Source of the DNA: Spirochaetia bacterium
GTDB lineage: Bacteria; Spirochaetota; Spirochaetia; DSM-27196; Salinispiraceae
Length of the DNA stretch: 64,000 nt
Direction: 5' to 3'
Assembly: GCA_038204425.1 (NCBI GenBank)
Contig: JBBRCZ010000010.1
Location: forward strand, 32,001-96,000
Below, in pieces: positions 19,657-30,008 of the stretch (its first letter is position 1; each line of letters starts with the position of its first letter). The position numbers and the translations under genes were made by a program. The notes under the pieces are model-generated. The model ran no database searches and was not told the origin of the DNA. It saw only the letters and a program-made list of their open reading frames with translations.

Positions 19657-20421
19657 ATGGCACTAGGTTTTGTGTTTCTGATCACGTTGATATTCTATTT
19701 AAACCTCTTGGACTGGCGCATTCTGGCTTATCGTTTGTTCAATTCTGCAAAAACAGAAGCCTTTATTAATCGCAAGGTTCAACCATGGGGTCATGGTGTC
19801 TTTAACCTAATGACCCTGTTTCTTGGATTGAAGGTAGTCAACGAAACGCCAGTCTTAGCGTATCAAACAGTTCCACTAAAATTTGTGGTAATTTCTAATC
19901 ATCAAAGTTTGCTCGATATTACGATGATCTTTGACTTATTTGTCAAACGCCAGTTACGTTTTGTTGCCAAAAAAGAGCTCAAACATGGCCTACCAGGTGT
20001 AAGTCAAGTGCTTAGGTTCCAACGACACGCCTTGATTAGCAGAGAAGGCAACGCCCGCCAAACTATGGCCTACCTCGCCCGTTTTGCCAAAAGGTGTGCC
20101 GACAAAGGCTATAGTCCTGTAGTCTTTCCTGAAGGTACTCGCTCGCGCGACGGTGAGCTTGGAACTTTTCAATTAGCTGGGCTAAAGATGATTTGTGATC
20201 AGGCCCCATTTCCTCTGGCTGTGGTAGCATTAGATGGTGGACACCGAGTAGCAACTTTCTTGTCTATGATTAGTCCGGGCAGAAAAACGCTCAGGATGAA
20301 GCTATTGGGGTTTTTGCCCGCGCCGCAAAGCAAGGATGAGCTACGTACTAGCGCAGAAACAGCCAGATCTATGATAGAACAACAGCTAAAGAAATGGAGA
20401 TCTACCCATCCCGATGCTTAA
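19657..20421 (+). CDS. plsC: Lysophospholipid acyltransferase (PlsC family)
   Basis: SNHQSLLD (HX4D), FVAKKEL, VFPEGTRS. Confidence 0.85.
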   Translation: MALGFVFLITLIFYLNLLDWRILAYRLFNSAKTEAFINRKVQPWGHGVFNLMTLFLGLKVVNETPVLAYQTVPLKFVVISNHQSLLDITMIFDLFVKRQLRFVAKKELKHGLPGVSQVLRFQRHALISREGNARQTMAYLARFAKRCADKGYSPVVFPEGTRSRDGELGTFQLAGLKMICDQAPFPLAVVALDGGHRVATFLSMISPGRKTLRMKLLGFLPAPQSKDELRTSAETARSMIEQQLKKWRSTHPDA

Positions 20422-22162
20422 AAACTACAAAATTATCCTACCCTACGTTAAAAGATATGCTGGCAAGTATATTCTTGGGCTACTGAGCCTGCTGTTTACA
20501 AGTGGCATTCAACTAATGATTCCGCAAAAGATCCGCGAATCAATCGACCTACTTGCCAGTGGAACATTTGACCTGCAAGCGCTATCAAGTATTTTGTTGG
20601 GCATGGTAGCTATAGCACTCTTGGTAGCCTTAGGGCGATTCTGGTGGCGTTTTTGGATCCAGGGCGCAGCTAGGCGCATAGAAGCTGACCTGAGACTGGA
20701 CCTTTTTAATGCGCATCTAAAACTTGACGCTAGCTATTTTGGTAAGCAAACCGTCGGAAACCTGATGAGTCACTACACCAACGACCTTGGTGCGGTACGG
20801 ATGGCTTGTTCCATGGCACTGGTGGCAGCAACTGACGGTATATTTATGACAGTCAGTATCTTGACCATTTTATTGTCTCAGAACGCTGTGCTTACCTTAA
20901 TTTCTATTGCACCACTTCCACTGATTACTGTCTTAATTCTGGCTCTTGGCGGTATAACAGGTCGTCTTTCCAAAAAAGTCCAGGACAGTTTTGGCGAACT
21001 AAGTCGCCAAACTCAAGAAACCTTTTCTGGCATCAGAATCATTAAATCTTATGTCAAAGAACCTTGGTTTGCCACCCGCTATCAAAAAGCCAACAAAGAA
21101 TCTGCAAAAAACAATCTCGCCTTGGCCAAGGTTTGGAGTCTTTTTTATCCATTGGTTGCCTTTTTTTCCGGGCTAACCAGTGTCTTGCTACTGCGTTTTG
21201 GTGGCGAGGCCGTCATAAAGGGAGACTTTAGTACCGGCGAATTTGTGGCTTCGCTGAGCTATTTACAAATGCTAATTTGGCCAATGTTGGGAGCTGGATT
21301 TACGGTAAATCTTATCCAAAGAGGAGCCGCTAGTTTGGAACGCATCAATACTGTTTTTAATACTAAACCAAGCATGGTTGACCCAGAGCAAGGATTGCCC
21401 TTTGATTGGCAGGCCAATGCGGTTGAGCTGCGACAACTTAGCCACCAATACCCAGACACCATCAGACCTGCCCTCAAAGACCTTACTTTAACGCTCAAGC
21501 GCGGCCAGACCCTAGCCATTACCGGTCCTGTCGCAAGTGGCAAGAGCACGCTTGTTAAGTTGCTGCCGCGCTTGATGGACGCCACTAGCGGTTCGGTAAT
21601 TATCCACGGTCGTGACGTTAAGACGCTAAAGTTGGCCCAACTGCGCTCTTTGGTGTCGGTAGTTAGTCAAGAAACTTTTCTATTTTCTGACACCATAAAA
21701 AATAACATCGCCTTTGGCAACGATCTCGCAAATGATGAACAATTACAACGCGCGGCAAATTGGTCAACGATAGATAGTGACCTTGCGCAGCTGGAGCTGG
21801 GCTGGGAAACCCAAATTGGGGAACGCGGAATCAACCTTTCGGGTGGCCAAAAGCAACGTATAAGCATCAGTCGTGCACTGATTTGTGACCCGGAAATCTT
21901 GATCCTCGATGATGCACTTTCGGCAGTAGATGCCTTGTCAGAAAAAATGATCCTTGATCAACTACGAGAGCTTAGGCATGGAAAAACCACCTTGATTATT
22001 TCGCACCGCATTGCAGCACTTGCTCACGCCAACCAGATTATAGTGCTCGAAGATGGCGCAATAACTCAATCGGGCGCTCATCAAGAACTTGCAAAGAAGG
22101 AGGGCTATTACCGAGAATTGCTACTCTGGCAAGAAACCGAGTCCAGAGGAGCCAAACAATGA
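20414..22162 (+). CDS. Heterodimeric ABC exporter subunit (TMD+NBD, degenerate Walker B)
   Basis: N-terminal TM domain; GPVASGKS, LSGGQKQR, ILILDD. Confidence 0.92.
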   Translation: MLKNYKIILPYVKRYAGKYILGLLSLLFTSGIQLMIPQKIRESIDLLASGTFDLQALSSILLGMVAIALLVALGRFWWRFWIQGAARRIEADLRLDLFNAHLKLDASYFGKQTVGNLMSHYTNDLGAVRMACSMALVAATDGIFMTVSILTILLSQNAVLTLISIAPLPLITVLILALGGITGRLSKKVQDSFGELSRQTQETFSGIRIIKSYVKEPWFATRYQKANKESAKNNLALAKVWSLFYPLVAFFSGLTSVLLLRFGGEAVIKGDFSTGEFVASLSYLQMLIWPMLGAGFTVNLIQRGAASLERINTVFNTKPSMVDPEQGLPFDWQANAVELRQLSHQYPDTIRPALKDLTLTLKRGQTLAITGPVASGKSTLVKLLPRLMDATSGSVIIHGRDVKTLKLAQLRSLVSVVSQETFLFSDTIKNNIAFGNDLANDEQLQRAANWSTIDSDLAQLELGWETQIGERGINLSGGQKQRISISRALICDPEILILDDALSAVDALSEKMILDQLRELRHGKTTLIISHRIAALAHANQIIVLEDGAITQSGAHQELAKKEGYYRELLLWQETESRGAKQ

Positions 22163-23949
22163 GTCAAGATGAAATAGTCAAAGGCTATGACCGACAAATA
22201 ATCAAACGTCTTTTTTTAGCCACCAAGCCTTATCGGATGATTCTTTTCTTGTCAGTTTTTTCGCTAGTTGCAGCCAGCGTAGCAGAAATACTACTGCCGG
22301 TGCTGATTCAGCAAACGGTAGACCAAGTTTTTATTGGTCCTCAGGCAGCAAACTCGCCCTTTGATTCAAGTGCGCGCCTTGATATCTTGGTAAAAAATAG
22401 CATGCTGTTTCTTTTGTTGTTGCTTGTTATGGTGGTTTTCAACTTTATCCAGAACTATTTTTTGAACAAAACTGGGCAGTCAGTGATGATGGATCTCAGG
22501 CTGGCTTTGTACGAGAAGACTATGCGCCAAAGCATGAAATTCCTTCAGGAAAATCCATTAGGTAAAATAGTAACGCGCTTAACCAACGATCTAGAAACTA
22601 TCAATGAGTTCTTCTCTTCGGTTTTTGGCTCTCTGATCAAAGATTTTTTCTTAATGGTAGGTATAACCATTGCGTTACTTTTGCTTGACTGGAGGCTCGG
22701 CTTACTATCAATTGGTGGCTTGCCGTTAGTAATGCTGCTACTATTCTTTTTTCGCTATTGGTCCCGCCAAGCTTATCGAAAACTGAGGCAGAGTGTGTCC
22801 CGCCTCAATACTTTTTTGGCAGAACACTTGGCTGGCATGCATATTGTTCAACTGTTTGTTAAAGAAGACCGCACTTTTGCTAAGTTTCAACAAGAAAATA
22901 AAGCTCTGCTAAAGGCAAACATCGGAGAAATGTATGTCTTAGCCACCTTTAGACCCGTAGCCGACCTAGTTTCTAGTTTAGCGATTGCGCTGACTATTTG
23001 GATTGGAGCGGGCTACTACCAAGAGCAATGGCTAAGCCTCGGGGTTTTGATAGCTTTTATTAGTTTGGTGCAAAAGTTTTTTGAACCAATAATGAGTATT
23101 TCAGAAAAACTTAATCTCATGCAGTCAGCCATGGCTGGCGGCGAAAGAGTATTTGAACTCTTGGACACCGAAGAACATAGTAGAAATGACGGAACACTCA
23201 AACCAAACAAAATTACCGGTGAACTTCGTTTTGAGTCAGTCACCTTTGCCTACAAAGCTCAGGAACCAGTCTTACACGAACTAAGTTTTTGCCTTGAAGC
23301 AGGAAAAAAGACAGCCATAGTCGGCCCGAGTGGCTCAGGAAAAACAAGTATCGCCCAAGTTTTATGTAGAATGTGGGAAGCGCAAAGCGGGACCATTAGC
23401 TTAGACGGAACTGACATAAAGTCGATAGAGCTGTCGCATCTACGCAGCCTCATTCAACCGATTCAACAAGAAGTTAGTCTTTTTGGCATGTCCATTAGAG
23501 ACAACGTTTTAATGGGAAAGCAACTAAGCGATAAAGAGGTCTGGACACTACTTGAACGCGCGCAGGCCGCTGAATTTGTACGTCGACTGGCGATGGGATT
23601 GGACACGGTTCTTAGCGAAGGTGCCTTTAGCCTTTCTGGCGGGCAGCGCCAATTACTGGCATTCGCGCGTATTTTTGCCCAAGACCCACCGGTCATCATC
23701 ATGGACGAGGCCACATCGAGTATTGATAGTGAGACAGAAAACCAAATTCAGACTGCCATGCAAGAACTAACAAAGCAGCGTACCTCTTTGGTGATCGCCC
23801 ACCGCCTATCAACCATTGTTGATGCTGACCTAATTATTGTGCTCGCTGCCGGTCGAATAGTGGAAATGGGAAGTCATTCTGAGCTTATGGCCAAAAAAGC
23901 AAGCTACTACAAGCTCTACCAAACCCAAACTCATCGCAGCTCAGAGTAA
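22159..23949 (+). CDS. Heterodimeric ABC exporter subunit (TMD+NBD, consensus site)
   Basis: GPSGSGKT, LSGGQRQ, IIMDEATS, IAHRLST; ATGA overlap with partner. Confidence 0.92.
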   Translation: MSQDEIVKGYDRQIIKRLFLATKPYRMILFLSVFSLVAASVAEILLPVLIQQTVDQVFIGPQAANSPFDSSARLDILVKNSMLFLLLLLVMVVFNFIQNYFLNKTGQSVMMDLRLALYEKTMRQSMKFLQENPLGKIVTRLTNDLETINEFFSSVFGSLIKDFFLMVGITIALLLLDWRLGLLSIGGLPLVMLLLFFFRYWSRQAYRKLRQSVSRLNTFLAEHLAGMHIVQLFVKEDRTFAKFQQENKALLKANIGEMYVLATFRPVADLVSSLAIALTIWIGAGYYQEQWLSLGVLIAFISLVQKFFEPIMSISEKLNLMQSAMAGGERVFELLDTEEHSRNDGTLKPNKITGELRFESVTFAYKAQEPVLHELSFCLEAGKKTAIVGPSGSGKTSIAQVLCRMWEAQSGTISLDGTDIKSIELSHLRSLIQPIQQEVSLFGMSIRDNVLMGKQLSDKEVWTLLERAQAAEFVRRLAMGLDTVLSEGAFSLSGGQRQLLAFARIFAQDPPVIIMDEATSSIDSETENQIQTAMQELTKQRTSLVIAHRLSTIVDADLIIVLAAGRIVEMGSHSELMAKKASYYKLYQTQTHRSSE

Positions 23950-24894
23950 ATTAGTCTGAGTCCTTGTTGCTGACGGAATTTTTTCGCAGGCAGCTAAGTT
24001 TTGGCCAATAAAACGCCAGAAGTTGCCTTCCTGTTTAAAAAACTGCCCTGGTATGGCTAGATCCCTGCCATCTTCGCCATGCAAGTAAACCAAATGATTG
24101 AGTATATTGACTTCTCTGACCCTAAACTTGATCGACTCGATATCAAAATTACAGCCTTCACTTGGCAAACTTCGTCTTTCGTTACGATAGGCCTCGTATT
24201 CATAGGCTAGACAACAGAGCAGCCGACCGCAGGGGCCCGAAATTTTAATGGAATTGAGACTCAAATTTTGCGTCTTGGCCATCTTGATTGATACCGGTTG
24301 CAGTTTGTCACTGACACCACTACAACATAAAACACGACCACACACCGCCTTGCCACCGACAATCCGGCTCTCGTCGCGGACGCCGATTTGGCGCAGTTCA
24401 ATACGCATGTGAAAAACAGCCACCAAGTCTTTGACCAGTTCTCTAAAATCCACTCGGTTCTCACTGGTAAAAAAGAAGACAATCTTTGGCTCTTCCAACA
24501 TGACGTGTACCGTAACCAACTTCATATCCAAATGATGTTCTTCGATCTTCTTGCGGCATACATCAAAGGCGTGCGCGGCCTTGTCGAGGTTTAGTTGATG
24601 ATTATTGAGGTCTTGTTCGTTTGCCTTTCTGACAATATGGTGAACTTCTTCCCACTTATAACTGTTTTCTGACTTAATTCGCCCGAGTACCAGTCCAAGA
24701 TCCAGACCATTTTTTGTCTGCACCAATACTGCATCCTGATACGTGAGTTCTTGGTCACCAGGAACGCAGAGCAATGACTCATTGGTTTGATAAACTTTTA
24801 CCAAATAGTAGACATCACTTTGATCGTGCTCATGCTTAACGTTGGTATCGAATTCTTCAGGATCAACTTCGGTACTATCAAACTCTTCTTTCAT
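23941..24894 (-). CDS. ricT: PSP1-domain RicT/YaaT family Fe-S protein
   Basis: RVDFRELVKDL, RIELRQIGVRDE, CGRVLCC, ISGPCGRLLCCLAYE. Confidence 0.9.
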   Translation of the reverse strand: MKEEFDSTEVDPEEFDTNVKHEHDQSDVYYLVKVYQTNESLLCVPGDQELTYQDAVLVQTKNGLDLGLVLGRIKSENSYKWEEVHHIVRKANEQDLNNHQLNLDKAAHAFDVCRKKIEEHHLDMKLVTVHVMLEEPKIVFFFTSENRVDFRELVKDLVAVFHMRIELRQIGVRDESRIVGGKAVCGRVLCCSGVSDKLQPVSIKMAKTQNLSLNSIKISGPCGRLLCCLAYEYEAYRNERRSLPSEGCNFDIESIKFRVREVNILNHLVYLHGEDGRDLAIPGQFFKQEGNFWRFIGQNLAACEKIPSATRTQTNLL

Positions 24895-24923
24895 AAAAAA
24901 TCCTTACAGTAAAAACAATAAAT

Positions 24924-25427
24924 CTAGTGCAGAAGGTCAACAAGTAGTCCTTGCAGCTCTTCAAGTTTAGTTAGCAGGTCTATCTGTTTAACCTGGGTCT
25001 GTAATACACCTACGACGAGCTTCTCAAGTTTTTCATCAATTACCCGCAAAATAAGATACTTTTTTTGCTGGAGAATATTCCGGCTTGAAATCTGCTCCTC
25101 TAGCTCCATGCCATTGTTCAGATAATCCATCAACAGTTTTTTTACAGCTGCCTTATATGCCTTGATAGTTTCCATACTTTGACGTTTGGTTAATTGTTGT
25201 CCCAAGGAATGAATTTCGTCAAGTTGCTTGCCTATTTCTGCTTCTCGATCAGCCTCTTTTTGTAACAATGCGGCAGAATTGTCTATATCGCCGTTCTCTT
25301 CTGACTTGCCTAGTAGTGAAAAAAATGACGAGGTAGGCAATTTTTTCTTTTTTTCTGACTTTTGCTTTTCGTTAGCTACTAAGTCACTGCGCACAAAGGG
25401 CAATCCCTGATTGTCTACCGGTTTCAT
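24924..25427 (-). CDS. YaaR/DUF327 family protein
   Basis: G..L.......IKAYKAAVKK, IDEKLEKL, C-terminal EELQGLLVDLL. Confidence 0.75.
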   Translation of the reverse strand: MKPVDNQGLPFVRSDLVANEKQKSEKKKKLPTSSFFSLLGKSEENGDIDNSAALLQKEADREAEIGKQLDEIHSLGQQLTKRQSMETIKAYKAAVKKLLMDYLNNGMELEEQISSRNILQQKKYLILRVIDEKLEKLVVGVLQTQVKQIDLLTKLEELQGLLVDLLH

Positions 25428-25433
25428 TAAAAA

Positions 25434-25895
25434 TTAGTCAGCTTTTTGTTTGTTGCCAGAACGAGTGGCCGAAAAAATCGACCTTGTGGTCTTGGAGCTG
25501 GTTCGACGAAAAGCTTTTTGTTCGTGGGCTTCACTAGCATCGTCGGCGTCGGTTCGTTCTTCATTCTTGGCGCCTGGAACGAGCAATGCCCCGTCGAGGA
25601 TAACACCTTCCTCAACCACTAAACGCGGCGAAAAAATGCTGCCCATGACGACTGCACTTGAGAGCAGGACAACCTTTTCACTTGCATAGATGGTACCTTT
25701 AAAAATGCCACCTACCACTACCGTGTGTGCATCAATCACACATTCCGCTCTGCCTTGAGATCCCAAAAGTACTTTGCCTTTAATTTTTATACTGCCAGAA
25801 CAGTCACCATCGATGCGCAAGAGTCCGTCAATTTCGATGTCACCGGAAAACTTGCTGTTGTGCCCGATGATTGAGTTGATGATATGTTCATCCAT
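25434..25895 (-). CDS. Bactofilin
   Basis: INSIIGHNSKFSGDIEIDGLLRIDG...VEEGVILDG. Confidence 0.9.
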   Translation of the reverse strand: MDEHIINSIIGHNSKFSGDIEIDGLLRIDGDCSGSIKIKGKVLLGSQGRAECVIDAHTVVVGGIFKGTIYASEKVVLLSSAVVMGSIFSPRLVVEEGVILDGALLVPGAKNEERTDADDASEAHEQKAFRRTSSKTTRSIFSATRSGNKQKAD

Positions 25896-25913
25896 ATTTT
25901 GTAAACCAAACTT

Positions 25914-26897
25914 TCAAGGTGATTCAACCTTAAGGGTGCTTGGGTCAGTAGTACTGACCTTTAGGAAACTCGATGGATCCAAAATTTGTGTACCAATCAT
26001 AATCTGAAAATCGACATGGAAACCTGTGGAAAGACCAGTGGTACCCATGGTTCCAATACGCTGACCCTGGTAAACTTCATCTCCTGGCTTTACTAAAAAA
26101 CTACCCAAGTGCGAATAGCGCGTTCTAAATCCATATTTGTGCTCAATGACAATATAGGCGCCAAACTCTTGATTGGCATCGTAAGAGGCTTCGATCACCT
26201 TGCCATTGGCACTTGCTACCACCGTAAGAGCAAAGGGCCCGTTAATGTCGATGCCTTTGTGAATAAACCAATTGTCAGAAACCGGATGTCGGTTAGGTCC
26301 AAACTCCATCGCCACCGAAGCGTTGCCGCCTGATACCGGCCACAAATTAGGAATGTCAGACAAGAGGCGTTTTTGCGTAGCAAGAACCTGACTGATTTGT
26401 TCAAGCGGTGCCAATGATTGGGCGAGTGAGCGACTAAGTGATTTAATCTCAAAGATTTCTCTGATTTCATTGGAGCTGAGTTCTTGCACATTGCTTAGGC
26501 TGGCGAGATCACCCTCGCTCGTCTTTGCGTCACGACTTGACTTTAGCTCTATACCAAGCTCTTGCAAAGTTCGCCCTAAAGACGTGTTCCAACCCTGGTA
26601 CGTCCGTTCTAGCTCGTTGGTTTCCTTGATGACTTGTTCGAGCACAGCATTTGAAACTAGAAGGCTCTGATTCTTCTTGCTGATTTCTTGTTGGTTGCCG
26701 GAATAAACAGTTACAGAATATATAAAAAGAGCAAGTAGTGCAAAAAAAGCGATCGACAGCAAACCTGCCCAGGTACCACCAACTTTAAGGTTAACTACTT
26801 TTTGGTCAGAGTGAGGTATTATCATAATTGAAAAACGAGTCTTACCTAGCGATTTGAGCATCTGTAGAATACTTCGTTTTTCTTGCTTTTTATCCAT
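25914..26897 (-). CDS. Membrane-anchored coiled-coil M23 metallopeptidase
   Basis: SIMIIPHS + TM + coiled coil; HKGID, RYSHL, GTTGLSTGFHVDF. Start 26897 (SD GAGGT) or 26915. Confidence 0.88.
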   Translation of the reverse strand: MDKKQEKRSILQMLKSLGKTRFSIMIIPHSDQKVVNLKVGGTWAGLLSIAFFALLALFIYSVTVYSGNQQEISKKNQSLLVSNAVLEQVIKETNELERTYQGWNTSLGRTLQELGIELKSSRDAKTSEGDLASLSNVQELSSNEIREIFEIKSLSRSLAQSLAPLEQISQVLATQKRLLSDIPNLWPVSGGNASVAMEFGPNRHPVSDNWFIHKGIDINGPFALTVVASANGKVIEASYDANQEFGAYIVIEHKYGFRTRYSHLGSFLVKPGDEVYQGQRIGTMGTTGLSTGFHVDFQIMIGTQILDPSSFLKVSTTDPSTLKVESP

Positions 26898-27017
26898 CGC
26901 AACCTCGGCCCGCATTAAAAAAAATTAGCACAGTATCAAAATGACTTTCAAATATAACACAAAAGACAAATAAGAGTACCTTTTGGATCCGTATTTTGCT
27001 TAGTTTTCGTTTGTTTA

Positions 27018-27046
27018 TTGACGTGCACCTGCGCACATGTTATGTT
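27018..27046 (+). promoter_or_regulatory. sigma70-like promoter of tatD
   Basis: TTGACG-N17-TATGTT with TG extension. Confidence 0.6.
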
Positions 27047-27095
27047 TTAAAGACTACTCATCGAGTATTTATTACAATCCGAATTGGAAATCATC

Positions 27096-27875
27096 ATGCG
27101 TTTATTTGATACTCATGCACATATCGGTCTGATCCACGAAGACCCAATCGAACAGTTTATTATTACTCAAGAAGCCAAGCAGGCGGGCGTTGAGGCGATC
27201 ATATCGATCAGCAATAATTTGCATGATTTTTTTATTATTCACCAAAATCTCAAGTCGGCGCACAATATCTACCACGCTGTTGGCGTCTCACCCTCCGAGG
27301 TCCAGAACCCCGGACTTAACTGGGAAGAACAAATCGAAAAGGGACTGACTTTAGAAAATGTTGTCGCTGTTGGTGAAACTGGGCTAGACTACTTCCGTCG
27401 ATTTGGCGACAAAAATAGTCAAATTGAACTTTTTATCAATCAACTCGAGATTGCTCGCAAACACTCCTTGCCGGTAATTATTCACAATCGAGAAGCTGGA
27501 GCCGACGTCTTGGATATTCTGCGCGAACGTATTCCACCAAAGGGCGGAGTTTTGCACTGTTATAGCGAAGACTGGCCCTACGCAAAAAAGGCCTTAGAAC
27601 TCAATCTCTACTTATCTTTCGCTGGCAACGTCACTTACCGCAATGCCCGTAACTTGCACGACACGGCTCGAAACATCCCCTTAGAAAGGATGGTAATTGA
27701 GAGTGAAAGTCCCTTTATGGTACCTTCTGAGTATCGAGGAAAACGCAACAAACCTTCTTATTTACATTCAACGCTTGAGTTCCTTGCTGATCTTCGCGGC
27801 ATCGATCCGGAAGAACTGGCCATTATAACTACCAAGAACGCCTGTTCGTTATTTGGCATTCCATTTAAGGACTGA
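27096..27875 (+). CDS. tatD: TatD family hydrolase
   Basis: LFDTHAH, AVGETGLDY, IIHNREA, GVLHCYS, IESESPF. Confidence 0.92.
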   Translation: MRLFDTHAHIGLIHEDPIEQFIITQEAKQAGVEAIISISNNLHDFFIIHQNLKSAHNIYHAVGVSPSEVQNPGLNWEEQIEKGLTLENVVAVGETGLDYFRRFGDKNSQIELFINQLEIARKHSLPVIIHNREAGADVLDILRERIPPKGGVLHCYSEDWPYAKKALELNLYLSFAGNVTYRNARNLHDTARNIPLERMVIESESPFMVPSEYRGKRNKPSYLHSTLEFLADLRGIDPEELAIITTKNACSLFGIPFKD

Positions 27876-27936
27876 AGCCGCAATTGGGGTCAAGTGCACC
27901 TTGACCCTTGCCAATGCGCGGTGATATACCAGCTCT

Positions 27937-29415
27937 GTGAACGCCACAAACCATACGCAAGAACAAGAGCAGAATCAAGAACAGGATCCTGGAAAACCCG
28001 GCCACTTTTGTGGTGTGGTGGGTATTCACTCGATCACACCCATCAATATTCCGGCTACGCTCTTCTTTCCACTTTTTTCGATCCAACATAGAGGACAAGA
28101 AAGTGCAGGAATAGCTTACCAAAAGGAAGCCGAGACGGTGGTTTACAAAGACTTGGGCATGGTATCTCAGGTGCTATCACACTATCTAAACACTGATAGA
28201 CCGGGAACTACGGGTATTGGGCACGTACGGTACTCTACCCATGGCGGCAACAAAGTTGAAAACGCTCAACCACTCTTGGTCAAATGCAACAAGGGACAAA
28301 TAGCGCTTGCTCACAATGGTAACCTAACCAATACTACTGAACTAAAGCAAAAATTGTTTGCCGAAGGCTCAATTTTTCAGACAAGTTCTGATTCAGAACT
28401 TTTTTTGCACCTTATTTCTCGTTCGTTACAAGGTAACTTTAGAGAAGCTCTGATGGAGACGCTCAATATAGTAAAGGGCGCCTTCTCCTTGGCGTTGATG
28501 CACGAAGATACTCTCTATGCCGTCAGAGATCCTTGGGGATTTAGACCACTGCATATCGGCTGGAAAGATGATATGACCGTTATCGCCAGCGAAACCTGCG
28601 CCTTGGACATCCTAAACGTTAAGGAATATCGCAGCATTCAACCCGGCGAAGTGATTGAAATCGACAAAAAAGGTGCTCGGTCTTACTTTTTGCCCAAACC
28701 AGAAAACAGTCAACAATGTGTCTTTGAAATGATTTACTTTGCTCGCCCCGACAGCAAAGTATTTGACCACTCAGTACACCTGCAAAGAAAACTCATGGGC
28801 GCTGCACTGGCAAAATCTGACATAGAACTGCACAAGAATGGCATACCAGGTACTGATGTCGTGGTGGCTGTTCCTGATTCTGGAATAAGTGCAGCGCTTG
28901 GATATGCCGAACAGTCTGGCATTCCTTACGATGTTGGTCTCACCAGAAATCACTACACAGGAAGATCTTTTATAATGCCAACCAAGGCCGAAAGAGAAAT
29001 GGTTGTCAAAATGAAGCTAAACCCTGTCAGAGAAGTGGTAGCTGGGAAACGAGTTTTCTTGATTGACGACTCCTTGGTTCGTGGTGTGACTGCTAAACTG
29101 CTCGTCAAACTTTTGCGAGAAGCAGGTGCGAGCGAAATTCACCTACGGCTAAGCTCGCCAGAGATCCGCTGGCCATGTTTTTTTGGCATCGACATCCCTA
29201 CCCGACAAGAACTGATTTCAAACAGTATGACGCCACAAAAAATTGCAGAATTTGTCGGCGCTAACAGCGTTGCTTTTTTGTCATTAAAAGACCTCAAAGC
29301 CACCGTTAAGACTCCAGGAAACTTTTGTTATTCGTGTTTTAATGGCGAGTACTGCATGTCAGTCCCCCTTCGAAAAGATGAACTACTCTTTGAACGCGAT
29401 AGTGAGGCTGACTAA
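27937..29415 (+). CDS. purF: Amidophosphoribosyltransferase (propeptide/Fe-S type)
   Basis: CGVVG after a propeptide, QHRGQESAGI, GHVRYST, AHNGNL, IDDSLVRG; Fe-S Cys in CVFE, PCFFG and CYSC. Confidence 0.95.
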   Translation: MNATNHTQEQEQNQEQDPGKPGHFCGVVGIHSITPINIPATLFFPLFSIQHRGQESAGIAYQKEAETVVYKDLGMVSQVLSHYLNTDRPGTTGIGHVRYSTHGGNKVENAQPLLVKCNKGQIALAHNGNLTNTTELKQKLFAEGSIFQTSSDSELFLHLISRSLQGNFREALMETLNIVKGAFSLALMHEDTLYAVRDPWGFRPLHIGWKDDMTVIASETCALDILNVKEYRSIQPGEVIEIDKKGARSYFLPKPENSQQCVFEMIYFARPDSKVFDHSVHLQRKLMGAALAKSDIELHKNGIPGTDVVVAVPDSGISAALGYAEQSGIPYDVGLTRNHYTGRSFIMPTKAEREMVVKMKLNPVREVVAGKRVFLIDDSLVRGVTAKLLVKLLREAGASEIHLRLSSPEIRWPCFFGIDIPTRQELISNSMTPQKIAEFVGANSVAFLSLKDLKATVKTPGNFCYSCFNGEYCMSVPLRKDELLFERDSEAD

Positions 29416-29417
29416 AA

Positions 29418-30008
29418 TTGGCACATATTGCAGTCTTTGCTTCGGGTCGTGGAACTAATTTCATTGCCTTACACAACTATTTTTTAAATAATCCCAGTCA
29501 AATAGATATCGCCTGCTTGGTAAGCGACGTTCCTGATTGCGGGGCTTTGACCTACGCCAAAAGCAAGGGCATACCAAGTATAGTGCTTGACTATTCCTCT
29601 CATAAGCGCGGCCAGGTAGAAGCCTACCTCAAGCAAGAACTGGCCAGATACTCACCAGATCTACTAGTGCTGGCGGGCTTCATGCGCATTATTGGAAAGA
29701 CCTTACTAGAGGCCTGGCCACATAAGATTATCAATATCCACCCTAGCTTACTGCCCCGTCACGCTGGCTCACATGGCATTAGAGACAGCTATGACTCGGG
29801 TGATAGATTTGTTGGCATAAGCATTCACTATGTCGATGCGGGAATTGATACCGGCCCTATCATTTTGCAAAAAAGCTTTGAGCGAGACAAAAATGACAGT
29901 CTGGTGCAGTTAGAAGAAAAAATTCACTTACTTGAACATGAATGGTACCCCAAAATTGTACACCATATACTTGATCCTCAAAACCAAACTTTGCGAGGCA
30001 CAACATGA
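29418..30008 (+). CDS. purN: Phosphoribosylglycinamide formyltransferase
   Basis: AVFASGRGTN, LAGFMRI, INIHPSLLP, DTGPII. Confidence 0.95.
   Translation: MAHIAVFASGRGTNFIALHNYFLNNPSQIDIACLVSDVPDCGALTYAKSKGIPSIVLDYSSHKRGQVEAYLKQELARYSPDLLVLAGFMRIIGKTLLEAWPHKIINIHPSLLPRHAGSHGIRDSYDSGDRFVGISIHYVDAGIDTGPIILQKSFERDKNDSLVQLEEKIHLLEHEWYPKIVHHILDPQNQTLRGTT

Noticed and set aside
21880..21930. Walker B ending DD instead of DE in the first ABC subunit
   Set aside because: Normal degenerate site of heterodimeric exporters, not inactivation.
27937..28010. QEQEQNQEQ N-terminus of PurF
   Set aside because: Lies in the cleaved propeptide before the catalytic Cys; short low-complexity sequence.
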